Made by a program: the position numbers and the translations under genes. A DNA stretch of 64,000 nucleotides from an uncultured Acidobacteriota bacterium (GTDB taxonomy: Bacteria > Acidobacteriota > Thermoanaerobaculia > Multivoradales > UBA5704), in contig OY969474.1 of the NCBI GenBank assembly GCA_963700145.1, positions 5,056,001 to 5,120,000 on the forward strand. Reading direction: 5' to 3'. Under the pieces are notes generated by a model. It was not told the origin of the DNA. It worked only from the letters and a program-made list of their open reading frames with translations, and made no database searches. How positions within the stretch are numbered: the stretch's first letter is position 1; every line of letters starts with the position of its first letter. Shown here piece by piece: positions 1 through 9,698 of this stretch.

Positions 1-119
1 GGCACCGTTCCCGAGAAGAGCGTCTCCAGCGAGTAGCCGTACTCGCCGATGCCGGTGATGGCGAAGCGCGCCTCGTAGAGGGGCTCGCCGGGGGTAAAGC
101 TTTGCGGTGCCGTCACCAT
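1..119 (-). CDS. Hypothetical protein, N-terminal part (runs off the window)
   Basis: ATG at 119, 10 bp after the upstream stop. Open frame MVTAPQSFTPGEPLYEARFAITGIGEYGYSLETLFSGTV with GC-rich codons. Confidence 0.55.
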   Translation of the reverse strand, partial: MVTAPQSFTPGEPLYEARFAITGIGEYGYSLETLFSGTV

Positions 120-128
120 CGCGCGCGC

Positions 129-1463
129 CTAGGGGCAGCCGACCGTCTGGATCGAGTCGCTGCCGGTGAATGGATCGCCGCCCAGGGTCGCGCCGACGAG
201 GGTCGCCGTCGTGTCGCCGCACTGGATGCCGGTCGCCTGCGTCCGGAAGTGCAGCACGAGGTCGAGGTCGCCGTCGCCGTCCACGTCGGCGGGGTGGCCC
301 TTGCCGTGGGCCTCCGGCGCGCCGGCCGGGCCGGAGAAGCGCACTGTCGCGACGTCGATCGTCAGGGCGTCGAACCCCGCGTCGCTGAGCACGGCGACGG
401 GGATCACCCCGTGGCTGTTCGGGTTGACGCTGTTGGGGAAGCTCCCGGGCTTGACGTCGATCGCCACCACCGCCGGCGGCTCCGGCTCGTCCAGGGGATC
501 GAACTCGAGGAAGTTGTAGTTGCGGCCCGCCGGCAGGAAGGGGTTGCCGATCAAGGCGCCGGTGGCGAGGTCGAGCCCGAAGATCCGCCGCGTGTTCGGG
601 TCCTCGGCCTGGAAGACGCCGGCGAAGTAGAAGACGTCGTTGTTGGGGTCCAGCGCCGAGACGCCGCTCGAGACCAGGCAGCAGCCGGCGACGCCGGCGC
701 CGACCGGGGTCAGCGCCCCGGTCGCCGGGTCGATCGTGGCCAGCAGCTCGGTCGTCGTGGCGGTGTCGAAGGCGACGGTGTAGAGGGTCCCCGGGCTGCG
801 GTCGAAGCCCAGGAAGTTGTAGTTGAAGCCGGCTGGAAGCAAGGGGTTCGAGAGCACCGCCCCGGTCGCGACGTCGAGGGCGAAGATGCGCATGTCGTTC
901 GGCCCGTCGGCCATGAAGCGGCCGAAGAAGTAGGCCACGTCGCCGGCAGCGTCGAGCGCCGAGGTGCCGCTCGGCACCAGGCAGCAGCCGGCGGCGCCGG
1001 CGCCGATCGGCGTCACGGCGCCGGTCACCGGGTCGATCTCGGCCAGCACCTCGGCGGTCGCGCCGAGGTCGTGAATGATGCCGTAGAGCGTGCCGGTGCC
1101 GGGGTGGAAGTCGATGAAGTTGTAGTTGAAGCCGGCCGGCAGGACCGGCTGCGAGAGCACCGCGCCGGTCGCCGCGTCGAGCGCGAAGATGCGCTGGGTG
1201 CCCGGCGGGTCGGCCTGGAAGAGGCCGACGAAGTAGAAGACGTTGGCCGCCGGGTCGAAGGCGGAGACGCCGCCCGGCACCAGGCAGCAGCCGGCGATGC
1301 CGAAGGCGGCGTCGGTCAGCGCGCCGGTCGCGGGATCGACGACCGCCAGCCGCTCGACCGTCGTCGCCGTGTCGAAGGCCACCGTGTAGAGGGTGTCCGA
1401 GGCCTGCAGCCCCGCCGCCGTCAAGAGCCCTGCGCCCAGCACCGCCGCGGTCATCGCGCGCAT
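129..1463 (-). CDS. Secreted repeat protein: 3 x 101-aa repeats (probable beta-propeller) plus a C-terminal IDVKPGS..PNS domain
   Basis: AGGAGG upstream of ATG 1463; signal peptide MRAMTAAVLGAGLLTAAGLQA; three 303-bp repeats; C-terminal DVDGDGDLD Ca-binding-like loop. Confidence 0.8.
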   Translation of the reverse strand: MRAMTAAVLGAGLLTAAGLQASDTLYTVAFDTATTVERLAVVDPATGALTDAAFGIAGCCLVPGGVSAFDPAANVFYFVGLFQADPPGTQRIFALDAATGAVLSQPVLPAGFNYNFIDFHPGTGTLYGIIHDLGATAEVLAEIDPVTGAVTPIGAGAAGCCLVPSGTSALDAAGDVAYFFGRFMADGPNDMRIFALDVATGAVLSNPLLPAGFNYNFLGFDRSPGTLYTVAFDTATTTELLATIDPATGALTPVGAGVAGCCLVSSGVSALDPNNDVFYFAGVFQAEDPNTRRIFGLDLATGALIGNPFLPAGRNYNFLEFDPLDEPEPPAVVAIDVKPGSFPNSVNPNSHGVIPVAVLSDAGFDALTIDVATVRFSGPAGAPEAHGKGHPADVDGDGDLDLVLHFRTQATGIQCGDTTATLVGATLGGDPFTGSDSIQTVGCP

Positions 1464-1549
1464 CGCCGTTCCTCCTCGAGGGTCGAGCCGGAGGGCAGTG
1501 TACGGAGCGGCGCGGGCCGTCTGCAACCGGCGCCCGCGCGTTTGCTCGA

Positions 1550-2011
1550 TCAGTCGAGCGCTTGTGCGATCTGCGGCAGGAGCGTCGCCGGCATGCTGAT
1601 CTCGACCTCGTCGCCGTGCCCCTCGACGTGCACCTGCAGGGTGTCGCCGCGCTTGGCGATCTGCACCCACTCGCCGTGGTCGCGCACGTCGACCAGCACC
1701 ATGTCCGGCGCCTCGGCCAGCTCTTCGAACGCGGCGGCCGCCGCCGGCGCCCAGGCGTCGAGGTGGCAGGCCTTGCCGTCGACGTCCCAGGCGACGTGCG
1801 GCCCGAGCCGCACGCCGAGGAGCGCCAGCGAGACCAGCGCCGCCGGCACCGGCAGGTCGAGGTCCACCGAGCCGTCGGGGCCGGAGGAGCGGACCTGCAC
1901 GTTGACGACCCCGGCGCGCGCCACCGCCGCGGCCAGGAGCACGCCCGAGCCGACGAAGATCACCATCAGCACGACGAAGACGACGAGGACGACCTTGACT
2001 CCCTGGCTCAT
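1550..2011 (-). CDS. Hypothetical membrane-anchored protein
   Basis: AAGGAG RBS; N-terminal hydrophobic helix; 11 bp downstream of the previous gene's stop. Confidence 0.75.
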   Translation of the reverse strand: MSQGVKVVLVVFVVLMVIFVGSGVLLAAAVARAGVVNVQVRSSGPDGSVDLDLPVPAALVSLALLGVRLGPHVAWDVDGKACHLDAWAPAAAAAFEELAEAPDMVLVDVRDHGEWVQIAKRGDTLQVHVEGHGDEVEISMPATLLPQIAQALD

Positions 2012-2022
2012 GGCCTACTCCT

Positions 2023-2595
2023 TCACCGCGCCTCGGGCGCGTCGTCGATCCAAATCCGCACCCGGTCGCCGTCCCCGGAGGCGGCGACCAGCTCGCCGGC
2101 GCCGTGCCGCGCCAGTGCCGTGAAGGCGGCGGCGAGGTCGAGCTGCTCGCCGCGCCCGGAGAGCAGGGCCTCGACGACCGGCGCCGGCACCCGCACGTGC
2201 ACGTCCTCGGGGTCGTCGTCGCCCCAGCCTTCGTGGCGCACCCGCAGGTGGAGGTAGCCGCCGTGGCGCCAGGCCCAGACGGTGTCGTCGGGGTCGTCGA
2301 CGGGGATGACCCGCGCGTTTGCGCCGTCGGCGAGCGAGCGCCAGATGGCGCGCAGCTCGGCGGCGGAGAGCTCCTCGTCGCCGACCACCAGCCGTCCCGA
2401 GCGCCGCGCATCCGGCGGCACCCGCTCGGCGACGCGGGCGACGAGGGCCAGCGGCAGGTTGATCCGCACCTGCGCGCCGCCGTGCGCCTCGTCCACCCGC
2501 AGGTGGATCCAGCGGCCGGCGGTCTCCGCGCCGGCCGGCGCGGCGGCGACGCCGGCGGCGAGCGCCAGGGCCAAAAGGGTCGTCTTGCTGTGCAT
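2023..2595 (-). CDS. Hypothetical secreted protein
   Basis: GGAGGG RBS; signal peptide MHSKTTLLALALAAGVAAAPAGA; internally repeated V-x-[IV]-x-[LV]-P motif. Confidence 0.75.
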   Translation of the reverse strand: MHSKTTLLALALAAGVAAAPAGAETAGRWIHLRVDEAHGGAQVRINLPLALVARVAERVPPDARRSGRLVVGDEELSAAELRAIWRSLADGANARVIPVDDPDDTVWAWRHGGYLHLRVRHEGWGDDDPEDVHVRVPAPVVEALLSGRGEQLDLAAAFTALARHGAGELVAASGDGDRVRIWIDDAPEAR

Positions 2596-2653
2596 CAGCG
2601 GTTCCCTCCGAGAGACTAGACGAGCGGGAGTGGCCCCGGGTTTCACGTTCCCG

Positions 2654-2741
2654 TGTCATTCCGAGCGCAGCGAGGAATCTGGGGGCGGGCCGGTGAGGCG
2701 GAGCGCCCCCGCCCAGATCCCTCGCTACGCTCGGGATGACA
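2654..2741. repeat. REP-like palindromic element (copy 1)
   Basis: TGTCATTCCGAGCGCAGCGAGGAATCTGGG...CCCAGATCCCTCGCTACGCTCGGGATGACA inverted arms; second copy at 33158-33262. Confidence 0.8.
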
Positions 2742-2759
2742 TAGCTAGAATCCCTCGCG

Positions 2760-4472
2760 ATGCTCGACAGGAGGCGGTTTCTCACCGGCTCGGCCCTCGG
2801 GCTGGGCGCGGCCGCGCTGCCGGCCTGGGCGAACGGCAACGGCGGCGCGGCGGACCCGGCGGCGATCGCCCGCGGTGACCTGGCGGCGGTGGAGAAGCTG
2901 GCCGGCCTCGCCTTCGCCGACGCCGACCGCGACCTGATGCTCGAGGACGTCGCCGAGCTGCGCGCCGACTACGAGGCGCTGCGCGGCGTCCGGCTCGACA
3001 ACGCCGTCCCCCCCGCGATCCGCTTCGACCCGGCCCTCCCCGGCGCGCCGCCGCCGGCCGGCGCCTCCTCCTTCCGCCTCCTGCCGGCGCCGCCGCCCGT
3101 CCGCCCCGCCGACCCCGAGGCGTTGGCCTTCCTGCCGGCGGTGACGCTAGGGCGGCTGATCGCCTCCGGGCAGATCAGCTCGGTCGAGCTGACGCGCCTC
3201 TACCTCGAGCGCCTGAAGCGCTACGACCCGCTCCTCCTGGCGGTCGTCACCCTGACCGAGGAGCGGGCGCTCGAAGAAGCCGAGCGGATGGACCGCGAGC
3301 TGGCCGAAGGCCGCCCGCGCGGTCCGCTCCACGGCGTCCCCTGGGCTGCGAAGGACCTGCTCGCCGCCCGCGGCTACCCGACGACCTGGGGCGCCGGCCC
3401 GTTCAAGGAGCAGGTGCTCGACTACGACGCCACGGTCGTCGAGCGGCTGGGAAGGGCGGGGGCGGTGCTGGTGGCCAAGACGACGCTCGGCGAGCTGGCC
3501 TGGGGCGACGTCTGGTTCGGCGGCACGACCAAGAACCCCTGGAACCTGGAGCAGGGGTCGAGCGGCTCCTCGGCGGGGTCGGCGGCGACGACCGCGGCCG
3601 GGCTCGTCGGCTTCGCCGTCGGCAGCGAGACGCTGGGCTCGATCGTCTCCCCCTGCACCCGCACCGGCGCCACCGGCCTGCGGCCGACCTTCGGGCGCGT
3701 CCCCCGCCACGGCGCCATGGCGCTCTCCTGGACGATGGACAAGCTGGGGCCGATCTGCCGCAGCGTCGAGGACTGCGCCGCCGTCTTCGCCGCCGTCGCC
3801 GGCCCCGACGGCCGCGACCCGACGGCGACCGACGCGCCGTTCGTCTGGGGCCCGGAGCGCGACCCGCGCCGCCTGCGCGTGGGGTACACGAAGGCGCTCT
3901 TCGAGGCCGAGCCGGAAGAGGAACAGAAAGAGTGGCACGCCTTCGACCTCCAGAGCCTGGAGACGCTGCGCGGCCTCGGCGTCGAGCTCCTGCCCATCGA
4001 GCTGCCGGCGCTGCCGATCCAGGCGATGGGGCTGATCCTCTCGGTCGAGGCGGCCGCCGCCTTCGACGAGCTGACGCGCAGCGGCGCCGACGACCGCCTG
4101 GTGCGCCAGATCCGGCGCGCCTGGCCGAACGTCTTCCGCGTCGCCCGCACCGTGCCGGCGGTCGAGTACGTGCAGGCCAACCGCGTGCGGACGCTGCTGA
4201 TGGAGGAGATGGCGAAGCGCTTCGCCGCCGTGGACCTCTACGTCGCCCCCACCTACGGCGGCGACAACCTCCTGATCACCAACCTCACCGGCCACCCGGC
4301 GGTCGTCCTCCCCAACGGCTTTCGGAAAGACGGCACGCCGACCTCCATCACCTTCACCGGCGGCCTCTGGCTCGAAGCCGACCTCCTGGCCTTCGCCAAG
4401 CTCTACCAGGACGCGACCGACTTCCACCTGCGGCGGCCGCGCCTCGCGCCGCCCGCCCCGGCGCCGGCATGA
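2760..4472 (+). CDS. Amidase-signature family enzyme, Tat-exported
   Basis: RRRFL Tat motif; GPLHGVPWAAKDL, GSSGSSAGS and GSETLGSIVSP motifs. Confidence 0.9.
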   Translation: MLDRRRFLTGSALGLGAAALPAWANGNGGAADPAAIARGDLAAVEKLAGLAFADADRDLMLEDVAELRADYEALRGVRLDNAVPPAIRFDPALPGAPPPAGASSFRLLPAPPPVRPADPEALAFLPAVTLGRLIASGQISSVELTRLYLERLKRYDPLLLAVVTLTEERALEEAERMDRELAEGRPRGPLHGVPWAAKDLLAARGYPTTWGAGPFKEQVLDYDATVVERLGRAGAVLVAKTTLGELAWGDVWFGGTTKNPWNLEQGSSGSSAGSAATTAAGLVGFAVGSETLGSIVSPCTRTGATGLRPTFGRVPRHGAMALSWTMDKLGPICRSVEDCAAVFAAVAGPDGRDPTATDAPFVWGPERDPRRLRVGYTKALFEAEPEEEQKEWHAFDLQSLETLRGLGVELLPIELPALPIQAMGLILSVEAAAAFDELTRSGADDRLVRQIRRAWPNVFRVARTVPAVEYVQANRVRTLLMEEMAKRFAAVDLYVAPTYGGDNLLITNLTGHPAVVLPNGFRKDGTPTSITFTGGLWLEADLLAFAKLYQDATDFHLRRPRLAPPAPAPA

Positions 4473-5401
4473 GCCCGCGCGCCAAGCGCGCGCCCCGCGG
4501 CGGCGGCGAGCTCCTCTTCGGGGTGCACACCGTCGACAACGGCGGCATCGACATGGCGGCCCGGCGCGCAGCCGCCGCCGGCGCCCGCGCGCTGCAGGTG
4601 TTCACCGCGCCGCCGCGCTTCTACGGCGACCGCTCCAACATCCAGGCGGCGCGCGTGGCGCGGTTCCACGCCGCGCTCACCGAGGTCGGCATCGAGCGCC
4701 GGCACGTCATGGTGCACGCCGCCTACGTCCTCAACACCGCCAGCCCCGAAGAGGAGAAGCGGGAGCGCTCGGCGGCCGGCTTGGCGAAGGAGCTGGAGCG
4801 CTCGACGGCGCTGGAGGCCGGGATGGTCTGCTTCCACCCCGGCTCGGCGGGGAGCGGCGGCGACCTCGCGGCGGCGCTCGGCCGGGTGGCGGGGGCGATC
4901 GTCGCCGCCCTGCGCGCCGTCCCGGGTCCGACGCGGCTGCTGGTCGAGAACACCGCCGGCGCCGGGGCCACCGTCGGGCGCACGGCCGCCGAGGTGGCGA
5001 CGATCCTCGCCGTCGTGCCGAAGGCGCTGCGCCCGCGTACCGGCTACGGCCTCGACACCTGCCATCTCTTCGCCTCGGGGTACGACATCCGCCGCTCGCC
5101 CGCCGCGCTCGCCGCTCTCCTCGACGAGTTCGAGGCCGCCACCGGCGAGCCGCCGGCGTTCTTCCACCTCAACGATAGCGAAGGGGACTTGGGGAGCAAC
5201 CGCGACCGCCACACGCTGCTCGGCAAGGGGCGGATCGGCGTCGAGCCGTTCCGCTGGCTGCTCGCCGACCGCCGCGCCCGCGGCGTGCCGCTGATCCTCG
5301 AGACGCCGGAGAAGAACAACGAGGCGGCGGACGACGACCCGTCGCCGGACCCCTGGGACGCCGAGATGTTCGCGCTGCTGCGTGAGCTGGCGCCGGCATA
5401 G
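4469..5401 (+). CDS. nfo: Deoxyribonuclease IV (AP endonuclease)
   Basis: HAAYVLN, FHPGS, LLVENTAG, LDTCHLFASGYD, HLNDS, DRH, ILETP motifs; ATGA overlap with the amidase. Confidence 0.88.
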   Translation: MSPRAKRAPRGGGELLFGVHTVDNGGIDMAARRAAAAGARALQVFTAPPRFYGDRSNIQAARVARFHAALTEVGIERRHVMVHAAYVLNTASPEEEKRERSAAGLAKELERSTALEAGMVCFHPGSAGSGGDLAAALGRVAGAIVAALRAVPGPTRLLVENTAGAGATVGRTAAEVATILAVVPKALRPRTGYGLDTCHLFASGYDIRRSPAALAALLDEFEAATGEPPAFFHLNDSEGDLGSNRDRHTLLGKGRIGVEPFRWLLADRRARGVPLILETPEKNNEAADDDPSPDPWDAEMFALLRELAPA

Positions 5402-5402
5402 A

Positions 5403-6269
5403 ATGACCGTCATCCCGACGCGCATCCCGTTCACCGGCCTCCTGCTGCTCCTCGCGCTCGCGGCGCCCACGGCCGCCGACGTCGAGGACACGCTCAACGC
5501 CCGCTGGCGCGGCGCCTGGGTGGTGGTCAAGGTGCCGCTGCAGTCCGACTGCGCCGGCATCTACACCGACAACGATGTCGCCGGCACGCGGGTGTCGAGC
5601 CGCGGCGCCCGCCGCTTCGCCGCCGGCGAGCTGGCGCGCGTCGAGCGGATCGGCGCCAAGCGCGCCCGGCTCGACCTTTTCCTCGACGTCGCCGAGCCGG
5701 TGCTCGAGCCGCACCGGGAGGGGCCGTTCACGCTCTACGAGGAGAAGCGCTGCAAGGCGCAGCTCAAGGTCGAGCTGCCGCCCGAGGTGGTGCGCGACGC
5801 GGCGCGCGCCGAGGCGGCGGTGAGCGCGCTCCTCGAGCTGCATCCGACGCCCGAAGCGGCGGAGGCCGCCGAAGGCTGGAACCGCCGCCGGCGCGAGCCT
5901 TACCCAGAGGACTACGAGCGCACCCTCGCCGAGCACGCCGCCTGGAAGGTGGAGCAGGTCAACGCCGAGGTGCAGGAGAAGCTCGACCGGGCGAGCGAGG
6001 AGGGCATCCACGTCGCCGACCGCATCGACGACGACCCCGAGTACCTGCAGGGATTCGCGGCGGGCGTCGAGCGGGCGCGCGACAAGTACCTGAGCGACGA
6101 CTGCGAGTCGCTCCTCGACGGCAGCTTCAACAGCTTCTCCGGCTCGCCGCCCGGCGGCAAGGACCGCGACTGGGAGCGCGGCTTCGAAGACGGCCAGCGC
6201 TTGGTCTACTCGCTGGAGCTGCTGCGCCGCCTGCCGCGCTGCTTCGTCCCCGTGCCGCCGGCGCCGTGA
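5403..6269 (+). CDS. Hypothetical secreted protein
   Basis: Signal peptide LLLLLALAAPTAA; adjacent to the nfo stop; four Cys. Confidence 0.7.
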   Translation: MTVIPTRIPFTGLLLLLALAAPTAADVEDTLNARWRGAWVVVKVPLQSDCAGIYTDNDVAGTRVSSRGARRFAAGELARVERIGAKRARLDLFLDVAEPVLEPHREGPFTLYEEKRCKAQLKVELPPEVVRDAARAEAAVSALLELHPTPEAAEAAEGWNRRRREPYPEDYERTLAEHAAWKVEQVNAEVQEKLDRASEEGIHVADRIDDDPEYLQGFAAGVERARDKYLSDDCESLLDGSFNSFSGSPPGGKDRDWERGFEDGQRLVYSLELLRRLPRCFVPVPPAP

Positions 6270-7822
6270 GCCGCGGGCGCGGCGCGGCGGCGCTCGCGGT
6301 CGCGGCGATCGGGCTCGTCTATCTCTGGTTCCCCAACCTCTACCCGGCGTTCCTCTCGCCCAACGAGCTGTCGCGGGCGCTCCTGACCCGCGCCATCGTC
6401 GAGGAGCGGAGCTTCCGGCTCGACGCCGGCGTCGCGCGCACCGGCGAGTTCAGCGACCTCGCGCGCTTCGGCGGGCACTACTACTCGGACAAGGCGCCGG
6501 GAGTGTCCTTCGCCGCGGCGCCCGCTTGGGCCGCCTGGCGATGGCTCGCCGGGCCTGGCGGTCCGGACGACGACGCGCGGGCGGTGCGCGCCGGCCGCCT
6601 CGCGGTCGTGACGCTCCCGGCCCTCCTCTTCCTCGCCTGGCTGGCCCGCCGCTGGAGCGCCGCGGCCGGCGGCTTCGGCCTGCTCATGGTGCTGGGGCTC
6701 GGCCTCGGCTCGGCGTTTTTCGCCCAGGCCCTGGCGCTGACCGGACACGTTCCCGCGGCGATCCTGCTCTTCCTTGCCGCCTGGTGCGTCGCGGCGCCCG
6801 AGGCTGGGGCGGAGGCGCGGGCGGGGCGCTGGGCCGCGGCGGGGCTGCTCGGCGGCACGGCGGTGCTCGTGGACTACACCTCGGCGCTCTTCCTGGGGAT
6901 CCTGGGTGTCGTCCTGGTGGTGGAGGCGCTGCCGGCTTCAGCCGCCGGGCGGCGGGCCGGCTTGCGCGCCGTCCTCGCCTTTGCGGGTGCCGCCGCGCTG
7001 CCGATCGGCGTTCTGCTCGTCTACCACGCGGTCTGCTTCGGCGGGCCGTTCGAGCTGGCCTACGAACACATGGCGCAGCCGGCGGACCGCCTGCACCGCG
7101 GCACGGGCTTCTTCGGCCTCGGCGCGCCGCGGCCGGAGGCGCTGTGGGGTTTGACCTTCGGCACCCTGCGCGGCCTCTTCGTCCACTCGCCGTTCCTGCT
7201 CCTCGCCGCGCCCGCGGTCGTCCATCTCCGGCGGGCGGGGCGCTGGGGGCGCTGGCACACCCTGCTGGCCGCCGGCGCCCTGGCCTTCTTCGCGGCCAAC
7301 GCCTGCCTGATCGACTGGGAGGGCGGCTGGAGCCTCGGCCCGCGCTACCTGGTGCCGATCTACCCCTTCCTGCTGGAGCTGATCGTCGACGGCTACCGCG
7401 CCGCCGGCAGCGAGCGAGCGCGCGGCTTCTATCGTCTCTTCGGCGCCGCCGCGGTCACGTGGGCGATCCTCCTCCACCTCCTGGCCGTCGCCACCTGGTC
7501 CCTGCCGCCGCACTGGAGCGTCTTCCGCTTCCCGGCCCTCGAGCTCTCCTGGCACCTCCTCCGCCACGGCGCCCTCGCCCCGAACCTCGGGCTCGCCCTG
7601 GGCCTCCCGGGTTGGCTGTCTCTCCTGCCGGTCCTGTTGATGGTGCTGGCGGCGCTGGCGGTGGCGCTGCCTCGCCCCCGCCGGGCCGGCCTCGCCGCGG
7701 CCACCCTCGGCGCCGCGCTCCTCGTCGTCGCCGCCCTCGGGGCGGAAACCGGCTGGACCGCGCGCAAGAACCAGGCGGCCCGAGAGATCGCCGCCTACAT
7801 GGGCTACGCGCCGAAGCGCTAG
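6266..7822 (+). CDS. Polytopic membrane protein, GT-C glycosyltransferase-like
   Basis: Many TM helices; NE..R, YYSDKAPG and WEGGWSLGPRYL motifs; GTGA overlap. Confidence 0.65.
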   Translation: MSRGRGAAALAVAAIGLVYLWFPNLYPAFLSPNELSRALLTRAIVEERSFRLDAGVARTGEFSDLARFGGHYYSDKAPGVSFAAAPAWAAWRWLAGPGGPDDDARAVRAGRLAVVTLPALLFLAWLARRWSAAAGGFGLLMVLGLGLGSAFFAQALALTGHVPAAILLFLAAWCVAAPEAGAEARAGRWAAAGLLGGTAVLVDYTSALFLGILGVVLVVEALPASAAGRRAGLRAVLAFAGAAALPIGVLLVYHAVCFGGPFELAYEHMAQPADRLHRGTGFFGLGAPRPEALWGLTFGTLRGLFVHSPFLLLAAPAVVHLRRAGRWGRWHTLLAAGALAFFAANACLIDWEGGWSLGPRYLVPIYPFLLELIVDGYRAAGSERARGFYRLFGAAAVTWAILLHLLAVATWSLPPHWSVFRFPALELSWHLLRHGALAPNLGLALGLPGWLSLLPVLLMVLAALAVALPRPRRAGLAAATLGAALLVVAALGAETGWTARKNQAAREIAAYMGYAPKR

Positions 7823-9612
7823 ATCGCCTCCAGCTCCTCGATCATCCCGCGCACCAGGTCGAAGCCGCCCTGCCAGAAGGCGCGGTCGGTGACGTCGATG
7901 CCGGCCTCGGCGAGGATCTCCTGGGGGCGCGCCGAGCCGCCGTAGGTGAGGAGCTTCATGTAGACCGGCTTGAAGGCGTCGCCCTGCTCGCGGTAGCGGC
8001 GGTAGAGGGAGAGCACCAGGAGCTGGCCGAAGCTGTAGGCGTAGCAGTAGAAGGGCGTGTGGTAGATGTGCGGGATCGACAGCCACTCGTGCTGGAACTC
8101 GGGGGCGATGTCGAGGCTGTCGCCGAACTGCTGGTCGAGCGTCCGCCGATAGAGCGCCGAGAGGTCGTCGAGCGAGCTGCCGCCGAGGACGGCGGCGTGG
8201 GCGTCGAGCTCGAAGCGCACGAAGCTGGCCTGCCGCAGGACCGTGGCGTAGACGTCGTCGATCGCCGCGGCCAGGAGCTCGCGGCGCGCCAGCGGGTCGT
8301 CCACCTCGCGCAGCAGCCGGTCGGTCATCAGCATCTCGGCGAAGACCGAGGCGGTCTCGGCCAATGGCAGCGAGGAGTGTTGGGTGAGGATCGAATGCCC
8401 CTCGGCCAGCATGCTGTGGATGGCGTGCCCCAGCTCGTGCGCCAGGGTCGCCACGTCGCGCACCTTGCCGGCGTAGTTGACCAGCACCCACGGCGTCAGG
8501 CGCGGCAGGATCGTCGAGCAGAACGCTCCGGCCCGCTTCCCCTTGCGGATCTCGCTGTCCACGTGCCCCTCGTGGAAGACGCGCTCGGCCTGCGCCGCGA
8601 AGAGCGGGTGGAAGTCACGGAAGGTCTCGAGCACCGACTCGACCGCCTGGGCGTAGGGGATCTCGCGGTCGGAGCCGGTCAGCGGCGCGTAGAGGTCGTA
8701 GCGGCGGAGGCGCTCGACGCCGAGCCAGGCGGCCTTCAAGCCGAAGTAGCGCTGGAAGAGCGGCGCGTTCGAGAGCGCCACGTCGAGCAGCACCTCGACC
8801 GCGCGGTCGGGCACGTCGTTGTCGATGTTGCGCACGGCGATGGGGGAAGGGTAGCCGCGCAGCCCCACCTGCTCCTCGTGCCAGTCGCGCACCCGGTTGA
8901 TGTAGATCTGCCCCAGGACCGTCGCCTCCTGGCCGTAGACCCGGTAGAGCTCCTGGTAGGCGGCGGCGCGCAGCTCGGCGCGCGGCGAGAAGGCGTAGCT
9001 CATCAGCGCGTCGCGGGTCAGCGTCTTCTCCTCGCCGTCCACCGCCAGCCGGAACTCCAGCCGGTTGGTGAGCATCGAGTAGATCGTCAGCACCGCGCCG
9101 ATGCCGTTGTCGTCCTTGAGGTTGATGAGCTGCTCGGAGCGCTCGTCGAGGGTGTGGGGCTTGAGCCGCCGCAGGTCGAGGAGCCAGTGCCGGTAGTCGG
9201 GGTTCTCCTGCGGCGTCGGCAGGAGCTTCTCGGCGTCGGCGTCGTCGAGCCCCTTCCACCCCAGGGTGAAGAAGAGGATGCGGTTGTAGGCGGCGGTCAG
9301 CGCCTGCTGCACCCGGTTCTTGAGCGCCAGCGCCTCGCGGCTGCCGGTGTCCTCGGCGAAGCGGAGGGAGGCGTAGCCGCCGACGGCGGTCATCCGCTCG
9401 ATCAACCGCTCGTACTCGGCGAGGAGGGAGAGGAAGAGGCCGCGGTCGATGTCGGGGCCGAGGCTGGCGCGATGGGCCTCGAAGGCGGCCACCTCCCGCT
9501 CGAGGGCGGCGAGCCGCTCGCCCACGGCGGCCTCGCCGGCGTCCGGCAGCAGCTCGGAGAGGTCCCACCCGGAGAGCCGGTACTGCACGTCGGTGTCGCT
9601 CATCACAGTCAT
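7819..9612 (-). CDS. M3 family oligoendopeptidase (PepF-like)
   Basis: TLAHELGHAIH, LAETASVFAE, IPHIYHTPFYCYAYSFG motifs; start at 9612 or 9603. Confidence 0.92.
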   Translation of the reverse strand: MTVMSDTDVQYRLSGWDLSELLPDAGEAAVGERLAALEREVAAFEAHRASLGPDIDRGLFLSLLAEYERLIERMTAVGGYASLRFAEDTGSREALALKNRVQQALTAAYNRILFFTLGWKGLDDADAEKLLPTPQENPDYRHWLLDLRRLKPHTLDERSEQLINLKDDNGIGAVLTIYSMLTNRLEFRLAVDGEEKTLTRDALMSYAFSPRAELRAAAYQELYRVYGQEATVLGQIYINRVRDWHEEQVGLRGYPSPIAVRNIDNDVPDRAVEVLLDVALSNAPLFQRYFGLKAAWLGVERLRRYDLYAPLTGSDREIPYAQAVESVLETFRDFHPLFAAQAERVFHEGHVDSEIRKGKRAGAFCSTILPRLTPWVLVNYAGKVRDVATLAHELGHAIHSMLAEGHSILTQHSSLPLAETASVFAEMLMTDRLLREVDDPLARRELLAAAIDDVYATVLRQASFVRFELDAHAAVLGGSSLDDLSALYRRTLDQQFGDSLDIAPEFQHEWLSIPHIYHTPFYCYAYSFGQLLVLSLYRRYREQGDAFKPVYMKLLTYGGSARPQEILAEAGIDVTDRAFWQGGFDLVRGMIEELEAI

Positions 9613-9698
9613 GGTGCACCGAAAGCTGGAAGATGTTCCGGGAAACGGGAAAGCCGGGCCGGTGGCAGGGCCCGGCACTGCGCGTCGAAAGGCCGATT

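Noticed and set aside
102-2123. Long antisense or alternative-frame ORFs (e.g. 102-2123, 6526-9702, 16917-19970, 53703-58775, 55082-58480)
   Set aside because: Shadow ORFs of high-GC coding sequence. They are Arg/Pro/Gly-rich or mirror real genes and have no motifs.
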